The notes beneath the pieces were generated by a model. That model ran no database searches. It saw nothing but the letters and a program-made list of their open reading frames with translations, and was not told the origin of the DNA. Of a stretch of DNA of 58,225 bases, positions 40,445 to 49,032 are shown in pieces. The translations under genes and the position numbers were made by a program. Where the stretch lies: assembly GCA_045222195.1 (NCBI GenBank), contig JBGUXN010000019.1:1-58225 (forward strand), written 5' to 3'. Position 1 is the first letter of the stretch. Each line of letters begins with the position of its first letter. This DNA comes from Bacilli bacterium (GTDB lineage Bacteria > Bacillota_I > Bacilli_A > RFN20 > CAG-826).

Positions 40445-40540
40445 CTTCTTTTTTTATACCTTCTAATGGACTCTTTGTAAACACTGATCAAAATGTTTTT
40501 TATCGAGAGTAATTAAATCACGCTTCATTGAAGCGCCCTC

Positions 40541-40723
40541 TTAGAACAAATATTCTTTCATTTGCTCATTAGCAGATAATTTTTGCTTATCATACTTATA
40601 AAATCTATTCCTTCTGCACCACGGACAAGAGCCATGACTACGGCAAGTTATATCAACCGCACGACTGTCATAGTATTCTTTTCTATGCTCTTTTCCAGAT
40701 TTGATTGCTTTTATTAATGACAT
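40541..40723 (-). CDS. Small basic Cys/His protein (putative Zn-binding)
   Basis: MSLIKAIKSGKEHRKEY...CRSHGSCPWCRRNR; GAAGGA RBS before ATG 40723. Confidence 0.7.
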   Translation of the reverse strand: MSLIKAIKSGKEHRKEYYDSRAVDITCRSHGSCPWCRRNRFYKYDKQKLSANEQMKEYLF

Positions 40724-40810
40724 CAGTTTAATTCCTTCTATTATTATCAACTTTGTTTCTCTTCGGGTTTAATGCCTTGCCTTTGATGTATAGAATGCTA
40801 TAATGTAACC

Positions 40811-40871
40811 ATAAGAACGGAGCCTCCATAACTCGACTAAGCGGTTACTCAGTCATGGGCTCTGCTTTTTA
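40811..40871 (+). ncRNA. Candidate type I antitoxin sRNA
   Basis: TTGCCT-N16-TATAAT with extended -10 TG (40777-40804), no ORF, GAGCC...GGCTC stem followed by TTTTT; antisense to the 3' UTR of the small hydrophobic ORF. Confidence 0.55.
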
Positions 40872-40958
40872 TTTGAATAAGCATATAATCAAACAAAGCA
40901 AGAGGCACAAAAGGGTGATTTTGAGAAGTTTTAATACTTCTTTGGTATCTTCTTTCAT
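40869..40958 (-). CDS. 29-aa hydrophobic peptide, candidate type I toxin
   Basis: MKEDTKEVLKLLKITLLCLLLCLIICLFK after a perfect AAAGGAGGT RBS; not in the ORF track. Confidence 0.7.
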   Translation of the reverse strand: MKEDTKEVLKLLKITLLCLLLCLIICLFK

Positions 40959-41059
40959 GCAGCATTACCTCCTTTCAAAACGAATAGGAAATCCTATTGT
41001 TATGGAGGTATTCCGTTCCGAGTTTTAGCGTCTTGTCTTTGACGTGTTAACAAATATTC

Positions 41060-41410
41060 TTATTTTGCGGGAGCGAGTTTTGTTTTTTGAATAGGTGCCT
41101 CTTCTTCCGCTTGCACATTAGAGAAATCAGGTTCTAATATCTCTTCGTGCATTTCAATAAATAAATTGACTAATGATGGGTCTCTATTAAATAGGACCAT
41201 CGCTACGGCGTTGCCATTAGTGACTGGGTTAGCGCCTTGTTCCCATTTTTCCACCGTTTTGTTTGACACTCTCATCAAGGTAGCAAAGAGTGTTTGAGAT
41301 AAGCCTAGTTTCTTTCTTAAAGCTTTAACGTAATTAGCATCAATCTTTGGAAAGCTTTTAATAATGTATGAGATACCATTTTTTGCTTTATATTCACTGT
41401 TTTCGATCAT
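41060..41410 (-). CDS. XRE-family HTH regulator (HigA/YiaG-like)
   Basis: VKALRKKLGLSQTLFATLMRVSNKTVEKWEQG. Confidence 0.85.
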   Translation of the reverse strand: MIENSEYKAKNGISYIIKSFPKIDANYVKALRKKLGLSQTLFATLMRVSNKTVEKWEQGANPVTNGNAVAMVLFNRDPSLVNLFIEMHEEILEPDFSNVQAEEEAPIQKTKLAPAK

Positions 41411-41453
41411 TGTTTAGTCCCCCTTATAACTTCACGTTGATTGTGGTTATTAC

Positions 41454-41499
41454 TCCTATTTAATAGGATATTTATATTATTGCACTATTTAATAGGGCA
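41454..41499. promoter_or_regulatory. Two copies of the palindrome CTATT-T-AATAG (candidate operators)
   Basis: TCCTATTTAATAGGA at 41454-41468 and TGCACTATTTAATAGGGCA at 41481-41499 in a divergent promoter region. Confidence 0.65.
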
Positions 41500-41590
41500 T
41501 TCAATATAAAAGGAATAAAAGAAAATATGCATTTTATTAATAAATAACAAGAAAAGTTTGATACAATGTTATTAAAAGGAGCATATATTA

Positions 41591-41761
41591 ATGTCAACAT
41601 TAGAACAAATCAAGGTTGCCTATGAAACTTTCGTGGAAGAAAACCAAAAGTTCGTCGAAAAAGGTAACAAAGCCGCTGCTGGTAGAGCTAGAAAAGCTTT
41701 AGCCGAATTAGCTAAACTCTGCAAAGCTCGCCGTGCTGAAATCTTAGAAGAAAAAAAGTAA
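41591..41761 (+). CDS. Histone H1-like (Hc1 family) small DNA-binding protein
   Basis: Manual translation MSTLEQIKVAYETFVEENQKFVEKGNKAAAGRARKALAELAKLCKARRAEILEEKK; AAAGGAG RBS, TG-N-TACAAT promoter, own terminator. Confidence 0.88.
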   Translation: MSTLEQIKVAYETFVEENQKFVEKGNKAAAGRARKALAELAKLCKARRAEILEEKK

Positions 41762-41775
41762 TCTAAACAAACAAT

Positions 41776-41807
41776 AAAAATTCCCCCACGATTGTGAGGG
41801 ATTTTTA
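41776..41807. terminator. Bidirectional intrinsic terminator
   Basis: AAAAATTCCCCCAC-GATT-GTGAGGGATTTTT. Confidence 0.75.
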
Positions 41808-41824
41808 TTTGGCAATAAATAGTT

Positions 41825-43216
41825 TTACTTAATAATTACAGTTGTATCAAGTTTAATGCCTATATTGATGTATTCATCTTTATTGGCGATTTGATTAATA
41901 CCATTATAAATCTTATTGCCGACTTCTACTGCTTTTGAAGTGTTATTAATAACCTGATCTAATTGTTGGCTTGTCATATCTAATTTTTGGCCTAGATATG
42001 AGAATCCAGAAATTAAAGTAGAATTGATTCTTCCTAGATTGGAATTGATTGAACTTAAACTACCAAGAACGGTTGCTTGGAATTTGTCGGTTTCGTACAA
42101 GTTCATCGCCTCTTTCCAAGTATCGGCTCTTCCGATATAAAGTAGCTCTGCTAAAGCGGAAATCGCTTGAGTTGTTTGATATTTCCCTGGTAAATCAAAC
42201 ATTTTCATGTAAATGTCTTTTTGTTCTAAAAGTGAAATAAACGTTTTCTTAATATCAGGCACTAGACTATTAAGATATTCATACTGCTCTTTCTGAAAAT
42301 CCATTATTGATTTTGCAAAATCATATATTTTCTTACAATACCCTAAAATCAAAGAAGCATACTGAAATGGGTATTCTCTATCTGTTGACTTTTCCACCGA
42401 TCTATATGTTGGTTTTGAAAACAAACCTCTTTTTTCAGCGACCATCTCTGTGGTGTTTATTCTTTCTCTAACGACAACTTCTATATCTTCAAAAGGAACA
42501 CCATCAGTAATGGCTCTCATAATGTTTGTTCCAAGTAATGGCATATCTTCTCTAACTTGATAATAAATTGTGCCAGTCTTTTTTGATTTAACGACTACTT
42601 CAGTAGTTGTGGTTTTGTGCTTTGTATAATCTCGGTTATTTTCAGACTTATATGTATTAAATTTCTTGAGTTCGTCTCGCATTTTAAAACACACATTATT
42701 CATGTATTCGCTATTTATTGCATCTGAATAATGCCTTAATGCCAAGTGAGGTGATAGTGCCCTTTGATAATTGCCGTTTCGATCCTTAAATTGGAATCTA
42801 ATATATTTTTCATCCACTTTAGCATCATAAGGTTTATTAACAAAATCTTGAGGAGTTAATTCTGGGAAGAATTTAAGTTTTAAACTATTAATTGCTTCTG
42901 GGGAATAGTCATTTGTTCTATTTCCGTCTTCCCCCACTAAACAGTTGTAGATGAAACTGGTGACCTTTTCGAAGGAAAATGCATATTCATACCAAGCGTG
43001 TAAAACGTTGATGAGTTGTTCTTTATTTTGTGGCGAATCAGTTTTTTCTTCAGCCTTTTTCTCCACCGCAGCATTAGAGGCATTATCTTCTACTTCAACT
43101 AATAGGCCTCTAGCTTCTTCCAAACTATATTCTGTTCCGCATTCTTTACAGACAAAAACACCATTTTCTTTTTTAATTTGTGAAGAGCCACAAATTTGGC
43201 ACATCATTTTCTTCAT
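41825..43216 (-). CDS. Hypothetical protein with N-terminal Zn ribbon and helical C-terminus
   Basis: CQICGS...CKECGTEYS; GRADTWKEAMNLY; AAGGAG RBS. Confidence 0.75.
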   Translation of the reverse strand: MKKMMCQICGSSQIKKENGVFVCKECGTEYSLEEARGLLVEVEDNASNAAVEKKAEEKTDSPQNKEQLINVLHAWYEYAFSFEKVTSFIYNCLVGEDGNRTNDYSPEAINSLKLKFFPELTPQDFVNKPYDAKVDEKYIRFQFKDRNGNYQRALSPHLALRHYSDAINSEYMNNVCFKMRDELKKFNTYKSENNRDYTKHKTTTTEVVVKSKKTGTIYYQVREDMPLLGTNIMRAITDGVPFEDIEVVVRERINTTEMVAEKRGLFSKPTYRSVEKSTDREYPFQYASLILGYCKKIYDFAKSIMDFQKEQYEYLNSLVPDIKKTFISLLEQKDIYMKMFDLPGKYQTTQAISALAELLYIGRADTWKEAMNLYETDKFQATVLGSLSSINSNLGRINSTLISGFSYLGQKLDMTSQQLDQVINNTSKAVEVGNKIYNGINQIANKDEYINIGIKLDTTVIIK

Positions 43217-43326
43217 AAAAAAGTCTCCTTACTTTTAAAGCAAAAATATGTGATTATATCACCATCATTTTATTTAAAAATAACTTCTTAATAAAGAACA
43301 AATAAAACTTTCTTATAAATAATATC

Positions 43327-43351
43327 AACGGCCGCTTTATACACGGCCGTT
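43327..43351 (-). terminator. Hairpin, probable terminator
   Basis: AACGGCCG-N9-CGGCCGTT just downstream of the 43386 stop. Confidence 0.6.
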
Positions 43352-43385
43352 ACTATCTTTTTTTATTTAGAAATATGTCTATTAA

Positions 43386-44120
43386 TTATTGGGCTAATAA
43401 TCCTCGATAATAATCGTATAAAGGAGAATCGTTACTAATCTTCTGATCTCCTACTCCATTGAATGGATCATTGCCTTCGCTTATTAATCTTTTTTGATAA
43501 ATAAAGAAACTATTTTCTTCATAAGTGAATCCAGATAGATATTTATTATCACCAACATCTTTAGAGATAACTGCTTTATAAGATGATTTAGATGTATTAA
43601 ATGAAGCATTTGCTTTATCTAATACACTTAAAGAGATATCACCATCTAAGATATGATTATTATCTTCTTTTAATAAATATGATACGAAGTTATCGTATCC
43701 ATTTTTATCACTAGGATAATTAACATCACTTGCATAATAGTAATAAACTTTAGATTCACTACTAATAACAATATTTAAATTAAATATAGATGGATAGTTA
43801 TCTTCATAAGCCACAACATTAACGGTTTTTAATGTATCAGCGTCATATCCATCAAATGTCATTTGTTTATTTACTATATCAATAAATACATCCGTAATCT
43901 TATTATTTCTTTCAGTATCTATTGGTAACTCACTATTACTATTACTTTTATTATTAGAAGAAGAACATTTCTTTAAACCTAATAAAGTTAATAAAAGAAT
44001 CATAGCGACAATTAATAAAGTAGATATCACACTGATAATGACCACTTTAATAGTCGAGTGCTTTTTCTCTTTATTATCTTCTAAATATTCTTTCTTATTC
44101 TCTTTATTATCGTTATCCAT
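43386..44120 (-). CDS. Hypothetical single-pass membrane protein
   Basis: Charged N-terminus MDNDNKENKK, one TM helix, Asn/Ser linker; very AT-rich; start moved to ATG 44120. Confidence 0.7.
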   Translation of the reverse strand: MDNDNKENKKEYLEDNKEKKHSTIKVVIISVISTLLIVAMILLLTLLGLKKCSSSNNKSNSNSELPIDTERNNKITDVFIDIVNKQMTFDGYDADTLKTVNVVAYEDNYPSIFNLNIVISSESKVYYYYASDVNYPSDKNGYDNFVSYLLKEDNNHILDGDISLSVLDKANASFNTSKSSYKAVISKDVGDNKYLSGFTYEENSFFIYQKRLISEGNDPFNGVGDQKISNDSPLYDYYRGLLAQ

Positions 44121-44233
44121 ATTAGTTATTCGGCGAGCAACGCACACTACGATGTGTTGCGAGCCATGTACTGTTTTGAATCCTTGTCTAAATTGTATAA
44201 ACGAAATGAACAAAAATCAATTGCAGTAAAGAA

Positions 44234-45274
44234 CTATAGAGGAAGAGAAATCTTTTTAGGTCTGAGTTTTAAGGTATTGCCAACAATTACTGTTTTCATG
44301 ATAAAAACTTCTATCCCTTTTTTAAATGCAATGTCAGTAATTGCTTTTTTATCATATTCGCTAATCTTTTCTCCTAAATAAATGGCTTTCGGAACTATTT
44401 TGCCAACGTTTACGAAAACATCATTTACCTGGCCTATAAATACATTGTTGTTATAACAAACGAGTCTCCATTCATTTTCATAACTCCAAGGCATCTTTTT
44501 TCTACAATAAACGTTCTGCATAAAGAAGTTTATTTTTTCCATACTACGATTCTTCGCAGACATTTCGAGCACAATGTTTAAAGGATTATATGTTTCTCCT
44601 TTACTAACTTTGTCTAGAAAGACATCAATTATTTCAATGTATATATCAGATGCATCATACTTTTCATTAGTGTAAACAACCGGTAATAAAGGATGCTCTA
44701 TTATTTCAGCTTCATCTAAATAGCCTTTCAAAAAATCTAGTTGTTGAACAAGGCTGTTCATCATCATCTGATGATCTTTGCTTAGCTCGCACAAATCATA
44801 ATAGTCATATTCAAGCGCAAAGCCAGTTGCCATATCAGCGTAATGGGCCCACATTATTTCTTGCGTAACATCGGTTGAAAAACATGCGAGTGCATAAACG
44901 TTATTATCAAACTTAATACTAGGAGCCAAAACGTTTGAATATAGTAAATCAACCAATTTATCAATCTGGTTTTTGTTTAGACCACTATCGATTAATAGAC
45001 TTTCTAACAAAGAACCATCTTTTAGGAGCCTGTTCTTAATGTGGCTTTTAATTTTCTTGGAAGAAAACCTAATGGTTGCATCATATGGGTCGTTAAAGGC
45101 GGAAGTGCAAGTAGCGAAAAGATCGTCGTTGAGAAACTGCTGAATAGTATGTTTGTTGATAGGCCTATATCTAAAAAGAGAGAAATCCTCATCGGGAATA
45201 GTAATGTGTAAATTGATACTATCTCCATTACGAACTTTTTCAACTTTATAGTGTTTGTTTTTAGCAATCCTCAT
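44234..45274 (-). CDS. DUF2971-family protein
   Basis: LFRYR, FNDPYD, ACFS...MWAHYAD...GFALEY, KKMPWSYENEWR, AIYLG. Confidence 0.85.
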   Translation of the reverse strand: MRIAKNKHYKVEKVRNGDSINLHITIPDEDFSLFRYRPINKHTIQQFLNDDLFATCTSAFNDPYDATIRFSSKKIKSHIKNRLLKDGSLLESLLIDSGLNKNQIDKLVDLLYSNVLAPSIKFDNNVYALACFSTDVTQEIMWAHYADMATGFALEYDYYDLCELSKDHQMMMNSLVQQLDFLKGYLDEAEIIEHPLLPVVYTNEKYDASDIYIEIIDVFLDKVSKGETYNPLNIVLEMSAKNRSMEKINFFMQNVYCRKKMPWSYENEWRLVCYNNNVFIGQVNDVFVNVGKIVPKAIYLGEKISEYDKKAITDIAFKKGIEVFIMKTVIVGNTLKLRPKKISLPL

Positions 45275-45304
45275 AACTAATTAATCTCGTTGCTTGCTTA
45301 ATGC

Positions 45305-45697
45305 TTATTTGAAAAACTCAAAGACATTAATAATTGGCAAAACATATGCATGAATGTTTGACGCACCAGTAATTGTCGAGATTAGTTGTCTCAAATATGG
45401 AAAGAGAACTTGCACAGAAGTGAATTTAATAAAGCTTTGCCCTTCTGGTGATTGCTTCCAAGATTCACAAATAAATGATCCACAAACAGTGGCATTAACG
45501 CCAAAAGGAACTTCGCCTTCTTTGCAGATTTTGATGGAAAGTTTTACAATCGCTTTATCTGCATCAACTTCAACGATATCTCTCTTGAGCTCGGGATTAA
45601 TGTTTATTTTTTTCCCTGAAAAAGAAGAATATGTATCAATATCAAGTGTGTAGTTGATATTTTCAACCCAATACTTTTCAAGTCTCATATTAAGCAT
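45305..45697 (-). CDS. SecB-like chaperone
   Basis: PFGVNATVCGSF, VLFPYLRQLISTIT, LPIINV; GAAGGAGG RBS; overlaps the antitoxin stop. Confidence 0.88.
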   Translation of the reverse strand: MLNMRLEKYWVENINYTLDIDTYSSFSGKKININPELKRDIVEVDADKAIVKLSIKICKEGEVPFGVNATVCGSFICESWKQSPEGQSFIKFTSVQVLFPYLRQLISTITGASNIHAYVLPIINVFEFFK

Positions 45698-46229
45698 TGC
45701 AATTGACCTCCTTCAATTTATATGCTCTTTGTTTAAAAGTCGTTTCAATAGATTGTTTTTGGCTTTCTTCTTGGTAAATGGAATTTAAAACAATCCAGCC
45801 AGCAGAAATATATTCGTATCTGTGTAAGCCAAATAATTCTGGGTGTTTATCCAATAGCACAATAAGCAAATTAATCGTTTTATCTTGAATCGCGCAGTTC
45901 TCATATCTCGCGATATTCTTTTCTCCGCAATTAATTAATTTTGCGAGTTTCTTTTGTGTAAGGTGATATTTTTCTCTGATTGCAATTATTTCATCGCTAG
46001 TCAGAAGACCAACTTTTTTCTTGTATGCGTCATAGATTCTTCTTTGGTTGTCTTTCTCAATTTCGTATACGAACACCTTATTTCCGCATTCATCACAAAA
46101 AGCCTCTGTTATGAGTTCTTTAATCTTTACATCTTTCACAACATATTCCTTTAAAAGGCTTCTTGTTGAATAATGTGTTTCTTTGTCGCAATTTACGCAA
46201 TAAATCTTTGTCATAATCATACGCTCCAT
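45690..46229 (-). CDS. MqsA-like antitoxin (Zn finger + XRE HTH + C-terminal extension)
   Basis: CVNC...CDECG, YDAYKKKVGLLTSDEIIAIREKYHLTQKKLAKL..CGEKNIARYE; about 45 extra C-terminal residues; true start may be 46220 or 46214. Confidence 0.88.
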   Translation of the reverse strand: MERMIMTKIYCVNCDKETHYSTRSLLKEYVVKDVKIKELITEAFCDECGNKVFVYEIEKDNQRRIYDAYKKKVGLLTSDEIIAIREKYHLTQKKLAKLINCGEKNIARYENCAIQDKTINLLIVLLDKHPELFGLHRYEYISAGWIVLNSIYQEESQKQSIETTFKQRAYKLKEVNCNA

Positions 46230-46580
46230 TTACCTGTCTTCATGAAAACTAATTACTGCAATATATCTGTTTTTATTGTATGGTAGAACTTTAATGTAAA
46301 TTCTCAAACCGAAAGCGCTCTTTTTAAAAATCCATAATTTGCGCTCTTTACGATTGCTGTCATAGTGCGTCACAGGACCAGCAACATAATCTGCGGCTGT
46401 CAAACTGTTCACTATTGCTTCAGCATCTTCCCACTCTTTTCCAATGCGGACTAGAAACTCTAGAGTATCTATCCTAGGTTCATCGGTTCCAAACGAATCG
46501 AAAGTCATGCTATGATCCGCAAGTTTTGCACGAGAACAAATGGCTATTACATCATTAAGTTCTAATTCACCATTGTTCAT
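46230..46580 (-). CDS. MqsR-like (RelE superfamily) toxin
   Basis: LTAADYVAGP, LWIFKK, IYIK, ISFH terminal motif; directly upstream of the MqsA-like gene. Confidence 0.85.
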   Translation of the reverse strand: MNNGELELNDVIAICSRAKLADHSMTFDSFGTDEPRIDTLEFLVRIGKEWEDAEAIVNSLTAADYVAGPVTHYDSNRKERKLWIFKKSAFGLRIYIKVLPYNKNRYIAVISFHEDR

Positions 46581-46595
46581 GTGCTCACCTCCTTA

Positions 46596-46640
46596 GGTAT
46601 CATTTGATACCATTATACTTATATAACCATAACTATTCAA
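46596..46640 (-). promoter_or_regulatory. Promoter and palindromic operator of the toxin-antitoxin-chaperone operon
   Basis: TTGAAT-N17-TATAAT immediately followed by GGTATCA-N2-TGATACC (46596-46611) and AAGGAGGT RBS. Confidence 0.8.
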
Positions 46641-46677
46641 CAAGAAGATAGGTAACGAACAGCTCAAGAACATTTAT

Positions 46678-46700
46678 AAAAAAAGCGCTATCACTAGCGC
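46678..46700 (-). terminator. Intrinsic terminator of the polysaccharide locus
   Basis: Minus strand GCGCTA-GTGA-TAGCGC followed by T7. Confidence 0.8.
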
Positions 46701-46730
46701 CATATGATAACTTGGTGTTATTAATAATCC

Positions 46731-47714
46731 CTAACGATATAGCCTGATAGTTTGTTTAAAGCTCTCTTCAAAAGCAATCTTTGGATTCCAGCTAAGCTCT
46801 TTCTTAATTTTGGAACAATCTAAAGCGTACCTTAGATCATGCCCTTTTCTATCAGGAACAAAAGATATTAATGATTCTGGTTTATTAAGTTCTTTTAATA
46901 TAGTTCTTACTATTTCTAAATTGCTCTTTTCGATATTAGAACCGATATTGTATATTTCACCATCTTTGCCTTTTTCTAATATTGCTAATAAAGCGGAGCA
47001 ATGATCTTCTACATATATCCAATCTCTAATGTTAAGACCACTACCATAGATTGGTAATGGTTTATCATTTAATGCATTTCTAATCATCAGTGGTATTAAC
47101 TTATCTACATATTGATGTGGGCCATAGTTATTACCGCTTCTAGATATGGTGACAGGTAATCCATATGTACGATGATAAGAGAGCACTAATAAGTCTGCAT
47201 TAGCTTTAGAAGCGCTATATGGAGATGATGGTTTTAAAGGTGAATTCTCATTAAATAACAAATCTGGTCTATCTAATGGCAAATCGCCATATACTTCATC
47301 TGTGCTTATTTGATGGAAACGTTTAATACCATATTTAAGACAAGCATCTAATAATACTTGTGTACCTAATACATTTGTTTCAAAGAAGATATTTGGTTCT
47401 TCTATTGATTTATCCACTGATGATTCAGCGGCAAAGTTAACAACGATATCTGGTTTTTCTTTTTCAAATATCTTATTTATACCTTCTTTGTTTCTTATGT
47501 CTTCCTTATAAAACACAAAATTAGGATTATTGATTGCTTCATCCAAATTGCGCATATCAGCGGCATATGTTAAAGCATCAACGCACACCACTTTCCAGTT
47601 AGGTCTTTCTTTTAAAATAAAAGATACAAAATTGGAGCCGATAAAACCAGCTCCACCCGTAATTAGAATAGTAATTGAAGAGTTTAAAATATTACTCACC
47701 TTTGCCAATCCCAT
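46731..47714 (-). CDS. rfbB: dTDP-glucose 4,6-dehydratase
   Basis: ITGGAGFIGSNF, DALTYA, NFAAES, STDEVYGDL, PSSPYSASKA, RDWIYVEDH, DRKGHDLRY; true start may be GTG 47699. Confidence 0.95.
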   Translation of the reverse strand: MGLAKVSNILNSSITILITGGAGFIGSNFVSFILKERPNWKVVCVDALTYAADMRNLDEAINNPNFVFYKEDIRNKEGINKIFEKEKPDIVVNFAAESSVDKSIEEPNIFFETNVLGTQVLLDACLKYGIKRFHQISTDEVYGDLPLDRPDLLFNENSPLKPSSPYSASKANADLLVLSYHRTYGLPVTISRSGNNYGPHQYVDKLIPLMIRNALNDKPLPIYGSGLNIRDWIYVEDHCSALLAILEKGKDGEIYNIGSNIEKSNLEIVRTILKELNKPESLISFVPDRKGHDLRYALDCSKIKKELSWNPKIAFEESFKQTIRLYR

Positions 47715-49021
47715 TCATATTTTTGAATATCATCTTCAAGAAGATCGTCACCCATTTGAACTTCAATGATGTGCAACACTTCATCTAAGGCTCTTATAGA
47801 GTATTTATCTTCTTTTCCAATAGAAACGCTGTCGCCAGCATTAATCATTCTCACAACGTCGTTTATAAGTAATTGACCACTACCTTTAACAACTGTCCAG
47901 GTTTCGAATCTATGTTCGTGGCTTTGATAACTAATATTCTTATTCGGCAAGATTACTAATTCTTTTGTTAAACATTTAGAACCATCTGGATAAGATTGGT
48001 AATCTAAAACTCTATATTCGCCCCATTCTTTCTTTTCAAACATAGGACGATTCTTTGGTACGTATTTTTTCAGTTGAGTACTAGCGATTTTATCTGATAC
48101 CAAAATGCCGTCTGGAGATGCCGCTACGACAACATCTTTTAGACCTAGCGCAACGATTGGAATTTGTAGTTCGTTAACAACATGAACATTTTGGCAGTTC
48201 TCGCCCAAAATGGCGTCGCCACCAACAGCGTCTTCCATAGCTTCAGTAAACGTGTTCCAAGTGCCTAAGTCTTTCCATTCTCCATCATACTCAACAACTT
48301 TGATACTGTTTTCTTTTTCCGCAACAGCATAGTCAAAGCTAATCTTGTTTAGGCTGGAGTAATTGTCAAATAAATCTTTATACAAATTAAAGCCACACAA
48401 TTCTTTTGCTTTATTTAATATGTAAGAGATTTTAAGAGCAAAGACACCACCGTTCCATAAGGCGCCTTGTTTAATATATTCTTCTGCTTTTTTGGTGTCT
48501 GGTTTCTCTTTAAATTCAACGCTATCTTTTTTCGGAATGATATAACCATATTTTTCAGATGGGTATGTTGGTTTAATTCCCATCAAAGTTAGATTGCTCT
48601 GGCCCGCAATGTCATACATCTTTTTAATAGCTTTGAAGTATCCAATCTCCACAAGAGGGTCAACAGGGCAAATAACCACAGAGTCATCTTCTGAAGCTCC
48701 TAAAACATCATGCAAATATGCTACTGATAATGCAATAGCAGGGAAGGTGTCTCTTCTGCATGGTTCAATCGATATTTCAACTTTTTCTCTCAATTGTCTC
48801 TTGATGGAAGCAACTTGTGTTTCGGAAGTCGCAACAATAATTCTTGCATCAAACGATACTTCTTTAATCATTCTATAGACTCTCTGGACCATTGATTCAT
48901 GCTGCCCATCAGGTCTTTTTAGAATTTTTAAGAACTGTTTTGAGCGGACTTCATTAGAAAGAGGCCAAAGTCTAGTTCCTGATCCACCAGACAATAAAAC
49001 CACATTCATTCTAGATTTCAT
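47696..49021 (-). CDS. manC: Mannose-1-phosphate guanylyltransferase-like nucleotidyltransferase with C-terminal cupin
   Basis: LLSGGSGTRLWPLS...KQF, EP..RDT, YGYI, FKEKP, ISFDYAV.EK, WKDLGTW, WGEY, SYQSHEHR.E.W. Confidence 0.88.
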   Translation of the reverse strand: MKSRMNVVLLSGGSGTRLWPLSNEVRSKQFLKILKRPDGQHESMVQRVYRMIKEVSFDARIIVATSETQVASIKRQLREKVEISIEPCRRDTFPAIALSVAYLHDVLGASEDDSVVICPVDPLVEIGYFKAIKKMYDIAGQSNLTLMGIKPTYPSEKYGYIIPKKDSVEFKEKPDTKKAEEYIKQGALWNGGVFALKISYILNKAKELCGFNLYKDLFDNYSSLNKISFDYAVAEKENSIKVVEYDGEWKDLGTWNTFTEAMEDAVGGDAILGENCQNVHVVNELQIPIVALGLKDVVVAASPDGILVSDKIASTQLKKYVPKNRPMFEKKEWGEYRVLDYQSYPDGSKCLTKELVILPNKNISYQSHEHRFETWTVVKGSGQLLINDVVRMINAGDSVSIGKEDKYSIRALDEVLHIIEVQMGDDLLEDDIQKYEWDWQR

Positions 49022-49032
49022 AATAACACCAA

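Noticed and set aside
40464-40529. 21-codon ORF (MKRDLITLDKKHFDQCLQRVH) on the minus strand between two small genes
   Set aside because: Too short and without a motif; could be a remnant but cannot be supported
22322-41556. Identical 14-mer AATAACAAGAAAAG upstream of both the fibre operon (22322) and the Hc1 gene (41543)
   Set aside because: Low-complexity A-rich sequence in an AT-rich genome; may be chance or a generic UP element
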